Below, piece by piece: positions 59,539-64,000 of a DNA stretch of 64,000 nt. The stretch's first letter is position 1. Each line of letters opens with the position of its first letter. A program made the translations under genes and the position numbers. The notes beneath the pieces were generated by a model. That model saw nothing but the letters and a program-made list of their open reading frames with translations. It did not search any database and was not told the DNA's origin. This DNA is from an uncultured Acidobacteriaceae bacterium (GTDB lineage Bacteria > Acidobacteriota > Terriglobia > Terriglobales > Acidobacteriaceae): the NCBI GenBank assembly GCA_964247475.1, contig CAXTUS010000002.1, positions 945 through 64,944 of the forward strand. Reading direction: 5' to 3'.

Positions 59539-61068
59539 TCAGCCCACGAGAGCTGCGGCCGGCTTGCTTCGATCGAGTGCTTCGGTTACGTGGAGGGGGA
59601 GTTTGACCTCAAGACGAGCTCCGCCTTCTGCCCGGTTCGATCCGGCGACGTCCCCACCGTGGGCTCGGACGACAGCTTCGACGAAGGCAAGCCCGAGCCC
59701 ATAGCCCTTCGACGAACTGCCCCGGGCGCGACGCTTGAACATGTTTGCGCGAACTTCCGCGGCGAAACCTGGTCCGTCATCTTCAATCAGGAGCTGAACC
59801 ACGGCCTCCGGAGCCGGGATCACGGAAAGCGCGATGGTGATCGTCGAGCCGGAGGGCAGGTGCTTTAACTGGTTATCGAGCAGGTTCGAGATCATGCGCT
59901 GGATCAAGGCGGAGTCAGCCGATACGAGCGCTTTCCCGGCGCTGCGCAGATCGATTCTCAAACCATGTTCGAACATGGAGGGTTCATAAAGGTCGATCAT
60001 GACGCGCACAAGCTCGTCGAGGTTGAGGGGAGAACGGGTGAGCCGCAACGCATCTGCCCGCGCCTCTGCGACGTCGAGCGAGGTGGTGAGGAAGTCAGTA
60101 AGCCGGTCGAGTACATCGACCGCCGAGACAATGGGCTCCGCCTGTTCGAGCTTCAGGCCGCTTGAAAGCGAGGTTTCAAGCTTGCCGCGTATGGCGGTAA
60201 GCGGGCTGCGGAGGTCATGCGCCAGGGCATCGGTGATGGTGTGGAGCTGGTGCATGGAACTCTCGATCCGGTCGAGCATCCGGTTGAGGGTAAGGGCAAG
60301 GTGGCCTATCTCGTCATTTCGCCCTGTGACCGGGACCCGTGTGCCCAGGTCTGTCTGCCCGATGTGCGAGGCTGCCTCGGTGATGCGGCGCACATAGCCC
60401 AGCATGCGGCGGGTGGTGTAGAAGACGATCAGAAAGCCTATCAAAACGATGATCGCTCCGAAGGCAAAGAAACGGAGACGCAGGTTGCTGAGAACACGCT
60501 GCTCATCGCGCTCGGAGAGGCCGAGATAGATGTGGCCTCCGTCTGCGACCCTCAGCGAGGCGACGCGAAACGGAATGCTGAAACCCTTCACATGCACGTC
60601 TGACGGAGCGTCCGGGGAGAGCCTTGCGCTCTGGATTGCATGGAGCGTCGCCCCCGCGTCGCCGGCTCCTACCCAAAGCTTCTTCATGCCCTCTCGATCG
60701 GTCTGCAGGAAGAAGACGGCATCATTCTCTGCCTTTTCGGAACGTAGCTTGTCAGGCACCTCGCGGCTGGCCAATTCGGCCACTTCGCCGACCACGGTTC
60801 CATAAAGCTGGTCGTTGGGTGTTCTTTCTGCAACGTCGCCAAGGACACCGACCTCTCCCGTGATCCAGGCGTCGCTGCGCCGTTGAATGTCATCGGAGAC
60901 AAAGCGGTGCAGATACATGAAGACGATCAGCGTGCCACACGCGAAAGCCAGGGTAGCCCAGAGCGAGATACGCCATGCCGCGCTGTGTAAGACGGGCTTC
61001 TTCACGCCGCTGGCATGGTCTTTGTTGTTACCCGTATTCAGCCCCGGACTAGCGATCTTTGAGGACAT
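59539..61068 (-). CDS. HAMP sensor histidine kinase (CusS/CzcS-like)
   Basis: Two TM segments, DEIGHLA HAMP, LAHDLRSPL, NLLDN, DDGPG, GLGLA. Confidence 0.93.
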   Translation of the reverse strand: MSSKIASPGLNTGNNKDHASGVKKPVLHSAAWRISLWATLAFACGTLIVFMYLHRFVSDDIQRRSDAWITGEVGVLGDVAERTPNDQLYGTVVGEVAELASREVPDKLRSEKAENDAVFFLQTDREGMKKLWVGAGDAGATLHAIQSARLSPDAPSDVHVKGFSIPFRVASLRVADGGHIYLGLSERDEQRVLSNLRLRFFAFGAIIVLIGFLIVFYTTRRMLGYVRRITEAASHIGQTDLGTRVPVTGRNDEIGHLALTLNRMLDRIESSMHQLHTITDALAHDLRSPLTAIRGKLETSLSSGLKLEQAEPIVSAVDVLDRLTDFLTTSLDVAEARADALRLTRSPLNLDELVRVMIDLYEPSMFEHGLRIDLRSAGKALVSADSALIQRMISNLLDNQLKHLPSGSTITIALSVIPAPEAVVQLLIEDDGPGFAAEVRANMFKRRARGSSSKGYGLGLAFVEAVVRAHGGDVAGSNRAEGGARLEVKLPLHVTEALDRSKPAAALVG

Positions 61069-61726
61069 AGCCTACCCCTCGGAGAGTTTTGATCAGAGGC
61101 TCGCGACCGTCGACATCCACCTTGCCGCGAAGCCTGTAGATGTGCACATCGACGACGTTGGTGTCGGGTTGGATGCGCATGCCCCAGACCTGGTCGAGGA
61201 TCATTGAGCGGGTGACGACGCGGCCCGCGTTCCGGCACAGGTACTCGAGCAGCACAAACTCCTGCGAGGTCAGCTGCAGGGCGACGCCGCCGCGCGTGGC
61301 CTCGCGGCGGAGCAGGTCAAGCTCGAGGTCAAGAACACGAAGGCGCGCTGTTTCGCCGCTTACCTGCATGTGGCGTCTGAGCAGGTTGCGCAGTCTTGCC
61401 AGCAGCTCTGCAAGCGCAAACGGCTTGGTCAGGTAGTCGTCGCCGCCCTGTTCAAGACCGCGGACCCGGTCATCGACCGTGCGCCGCGCAGACAGGATGA
61501 GGACAGGCGCGCTGACGCCAAGCTGCCGCAGCTTCAGGATGAGGTTGATCCCGTCCATGTCCGGCAAGCCAAGGTCGATGATCAGGCCATCGGGTACGGT
61601 TTCGATCGCGAGCTTTTCGGCAGAGGCACCGTCGAGGGCTGTGTCGACCTGGTAGCCGGCCTCGGTCAGCGATCGTTCAAGGAAGCTTTGGATCTCGATC
61701 TCGTCTTCTACAAGCAGCAGCCGCAT
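61049..61726 (-). CDS. OmpR family response regulator (CusR/CzcR-like)
   Basis: LLVEDE, DLGLPDMDG, GGDDYLTKPF, NVVDVHIYRLRGKVD, IKTLRGVGY. Confidence 0.95.
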   Translation of the reverse strand: MRLLLVEDEIEIQSFLERSLTEAGYQVDTALDGASAEKLAIETVPDGLIIDLGLPDMDGINLILKLRQLGVSAPVLILSARRTVDDRVRGLEQGGDDYLTKPFALAELLARLRNLLRRHMQVSGETARLRVLDLELDLLRREATRGGVALQLTSQEFVLLEYLCRNAGRVVTRSMILDQVWGMRIQPDTNVVDVHIYRLRGKVDVDGREPLIKTLRGVGYVLKDR

Positions 61727-61795
61727 GGACGCAGTTTAGTCCTTTCCGCACGCTCCTCTCGGCGAGGAGCGAGACAAGCATTGTTGGCGGGGCGG

Positions 61796-61811
61796 ATGAA
61801 CGGCCTGTCAT
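61796..61811. promoter_or_regulatory. Cop/CusR-box-like imperfect palindrome
   Basis: ATGAAC-GGCC-TGTCAT, close to ATGACA-N4-TGTCAT, 70 nt upstream of the response regulator start. Confidence 0.4.
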
Positions 61812-61890
61812 GTGGTGGTTTCAGTCCGACACCGAAGCTTCCGTTCGTTCTTCGGGCCCCCGGCAGAGTGAGTCAGATGATCGGGCATGC

Positions 61891-62721
61891 TTAGTGGAGG
61901 ACCGCGATCCGGTGCCTAGCGCGGAAGACATAATGGCCGATCAGCCAGCCGGCGGCGCTGCCTACCAGCACATCGGTAGGGAAGTGTTCCTGACCCATGA
62001 CCCGGGTCAGGCTGACGCCCGTGGCAAGCGTGTAGACGCCGGCCTTCATCCACGGTGAAGGGTACTCATCTGCCATGACGGCGGCTGAGGACCAGGCCAC
62101 CACGCTGTGCGCGGAAGGGAAGGAGGAGTTCGCACCGGCTGCGCTTTGGAAGAAGAGGCCGCGTCCGTGATCGAGCGGCGGCCGCTCGCGCCAGAAGACC
62201 AGCTTCAGCCCGGTCTCGACCACAACTGCGTCGGCCATCGCTTCGGCGGCGATCAGGCCGGTCTCGCGTGCGTGTTCATCGCTTTTGAAATGGCCGTAGC
62301 CATAGATCGCCGCGGGTGCCGCAATCATGCCGCCCAGCAACGCGTTCGAGGCGTTCACGCTGGCATTATTGAAGTCAGGGTCATGGGAGACAACGGAGTT
62401 CAGGGTGTGGTGGTCGGTCGCAATTGCTGCGCCTGTAGCGCCAGCAAGCGGCACCAGCCAGATCAGATCGTGAGTCCTGATCCTTGCCGGGCTGCTCCAG
62501 ATGGGTACCTGATCCTTGAGGATATAAATCGGCAGGCTCCGGATGCTGACTGTGTCCTGATCGCCCGAGGAGGGTCCGGGTGCGTCAGGAAGGATTGAGG
62601 AAGAGGCCGTTAGCGGACCTGCAGCCGTATCCGCATTTGCGAGGAAGCTTTGCGCAGGGAGCGTCATGCAGGTTGAGAGCGAGACGCCAGCAAGAGCGAG
62701 CTTCAGGAAGGAGGGATACAT
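61891..62721 (-). CDS. PAP2 family phosphatase (exported N-terminus)
   Basis: KLVFWRERP, SFPSAHS, RVMGQEHFPTDV; TAATG overlap with the efflux gene. Confidence 0.9.
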   Translation of the reverse strand: MYPSFLKLALAGVSLSTCMTLPAQSFLANADTAAGPLTASSSILPDAPGPSSGDQDTVSIRSLPIYILKDQVPIWSSPARIRTHDLIWLVPLAGATGAAIATDHHTLNSVVSHDPDFNNASVNASNALLGGMIAAPAAIYGYGHFKSDEHARETGLIAAEAMADAVVVETGLKLVFWRERPPLDHGRGLFFQSAAGANSSFPSAHSVVAWSSAAVMADEYPSPWMKAGVYTLATGVSLTRVMGQEHFPTDVLVGSAAGWLIGHYVFRARHRIAVLH

Positions 62722-64000
62722 TAGGCACCTGCTTGTTGGTTGTTGTTGGAGAAGTCAATCTTGCGGCTGAACCATGGGTAAAGCAGCGGCAGGATGTAGA
62801 GCGTAAGAACAGTGGCGGTGATCAGGCCGCCGATGACGACAGTTGCAAGCGGCCGCTCGATCTCCGCGCCCCGGGACTGTGCGAGCGCCATCGGGATGAA
62901 GCCGAGGCTCGCCACGAGCGCCGTGATCAGCACCGGCCTCAGGCGATCCGATGCGCCCTGGTGAACTGCCTCGGTCATCTCCTTGCCTTCTTTGCGCAGG
63001 GCATTGATGTGGCTTACCATGACGACGCCGTTCAGCACGGCGATGCCAAAGAGCGCGATGAAGCCAACGCACGCGGAAAGATTAAGGTTGATGCCTCGCA
63101 GCCAGAGCGCGGCGATGCCGCCGACCAGGGCGAGTGGAACAATCGACAGGATAAGGAACATCTGCTTCGCATTGCGGAAGGTGGCGTAGAGCAGGGCGGC
63201 GATGATCAGCAGCGAGACTGGAAAGACGATGGCGAGCCTCTCCTGCGCGCGCTGCTGGTTTTCGTACTGACCGCTCCACTCCAGACGGTAGCCTGGGGGA
63301 AGCTGCACCTTCTGTTCGACGGCGGCTTTGGCGTCTTTTACAAATCCGCCAAGATCGCGACCACTGACGTTGCTCATTACCACAACACGCCGGTGGGCTT
63401 GCTCACGATTGATGATGATGGGGCCGCGTACGGTCCGGATCTCGGCAAGCTGGTCGAGCCGGACGAGCTCACCCTGAGGCGTCTTGATGACAAGCGCGGC
63501 AAGCGCCTCGGGATCGTTACGAACGTTGGCAGGAAGGCGGATCGCAACAGGGAAGCGCTCTTCTCCGATGAGCATTTCAGATAATTGCTTGCTGCCGTAG
63601 AGCGTCTCGATCACCTCCTGGATGTCCGAGACGTTGACACCATAGCGCGCAGCGGCCAGGCGGTTGATGCGTACCTGCAGTTCCTCTGCGCCGGTAATCA
63701 GCTCCATCTGCGTTTCGGAGGCGCCGTTGACCGCGGCGATCGTGCTCTCCGCCTGGTGGCCCAGCTGTTCGAGCGTATCCAGATCCTCACCGAAGATCTT
63801 GAGTGCTACATCCCCGCGGGTCCCGGTGATGGTTTCATCCATGCGCATCTGCATGGGCTGTGTGAACTCGTAGGTGACGCCAGGGATCTTTTCAAGATTC
63901 TTCTGCAGGCGATCGGAAAACTCCTGCTTCTTCGTGTTCGTGGCGTTCTGCATCTTGGGTGTGAATGAGATGTAGGAGTCGGATTCATACTCGCCCATAG
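62721..64000 (-). CDS. CusA/CzcA family heavy-metal RND efflux permease (5' part outside the window)
   Basis: FTQPMQMR, DVALKIFG, GFIALFGIAVLNGVVM, RLRPVLITALVASLGFIPMA, PLATVVIGGL. Confidence 0.93.
   Translation of the reverse strand, partial: MGEYESDSYISFTPKMQNATNTKKQEFSDRLQKNLEKIPGVTYEFTQPMQMRMDETITGTRGDVALKIFGEDLDTLEQLGHQAESTIAAVNGASETQMELITGAEELQVRINRLAAARYGVNVSDIQEVIETLYGSKQLSEMLIGEERFPVAIRLPANVRNDPEALAALVIKTPQGELVRLDQLAEIRTVRGPIIINREQAHRRVVVMSNVSGRDLGGFVKDAKAAVEQKVQLPPGYRLEWSGQYENQQRAQERLAIVFPVSLLIIAALLYATFRNAKQMFLILSIVPLALVGGIAALWLRGINLNLSACVGFIALFGIAVLNGVVMVSHINALRKEGKEMTEAVHQGASDRLRPVLITALVASLGFIPMALAQSRGAEIERPLATVVIGGLITATVLTLYILPLLYPWFSRKIDFSNNNQQAGA

Overview
GC-rich bacterial chromosome segment whose gene content looks like Acidobacteriota (subdivision 1-like; inferred, not searched). 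It has three carboxypeptidase-regulatory/TonB-dependent receptor genes and several typical small secreted proteins. The left part is mostly core genes: pcrA/uvrD (runs off the left edge), LOG, SemiSWEET/TSUP/DUF971, amidase, a YafY/WYL regulator with a VOC gene, gyrB, rocD, rpmI-rplT and a DprE1/DprE2-like pair. The middle holds an ATP-grasp/alpha-E/transglutaminase peptide-ligation cluster interrupted by a decayed toxin-antitoxin module and an acyltransferase. It also holds yggS, trxB and a giant Ig-repeat surface protein split by one in-frame TAG, preceded by a TIMP/OB-fold-like gene. The right part has an MCP remnant, a 7-heme cytochrome c with TPR and TonB-receptor genes, two two-component systems, a PAP2 phosphatase and a CusA/CzcA efflux gene (runs off the right edge). 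I recognised no rRNA, tRNA, CRISPR array or intact IS. Best leads: a stand-alone archaeo-eukaryotic PriL-CTD-like protein, a WYL operator/terminator palindrome with PafBC-like geometry, the amber-split pseudo-metzincin adhesin with its TIMP-like neighbour, and the Gln-tailed transglutaminase system. All family calls come from motif recognition by eye; no database search was run.
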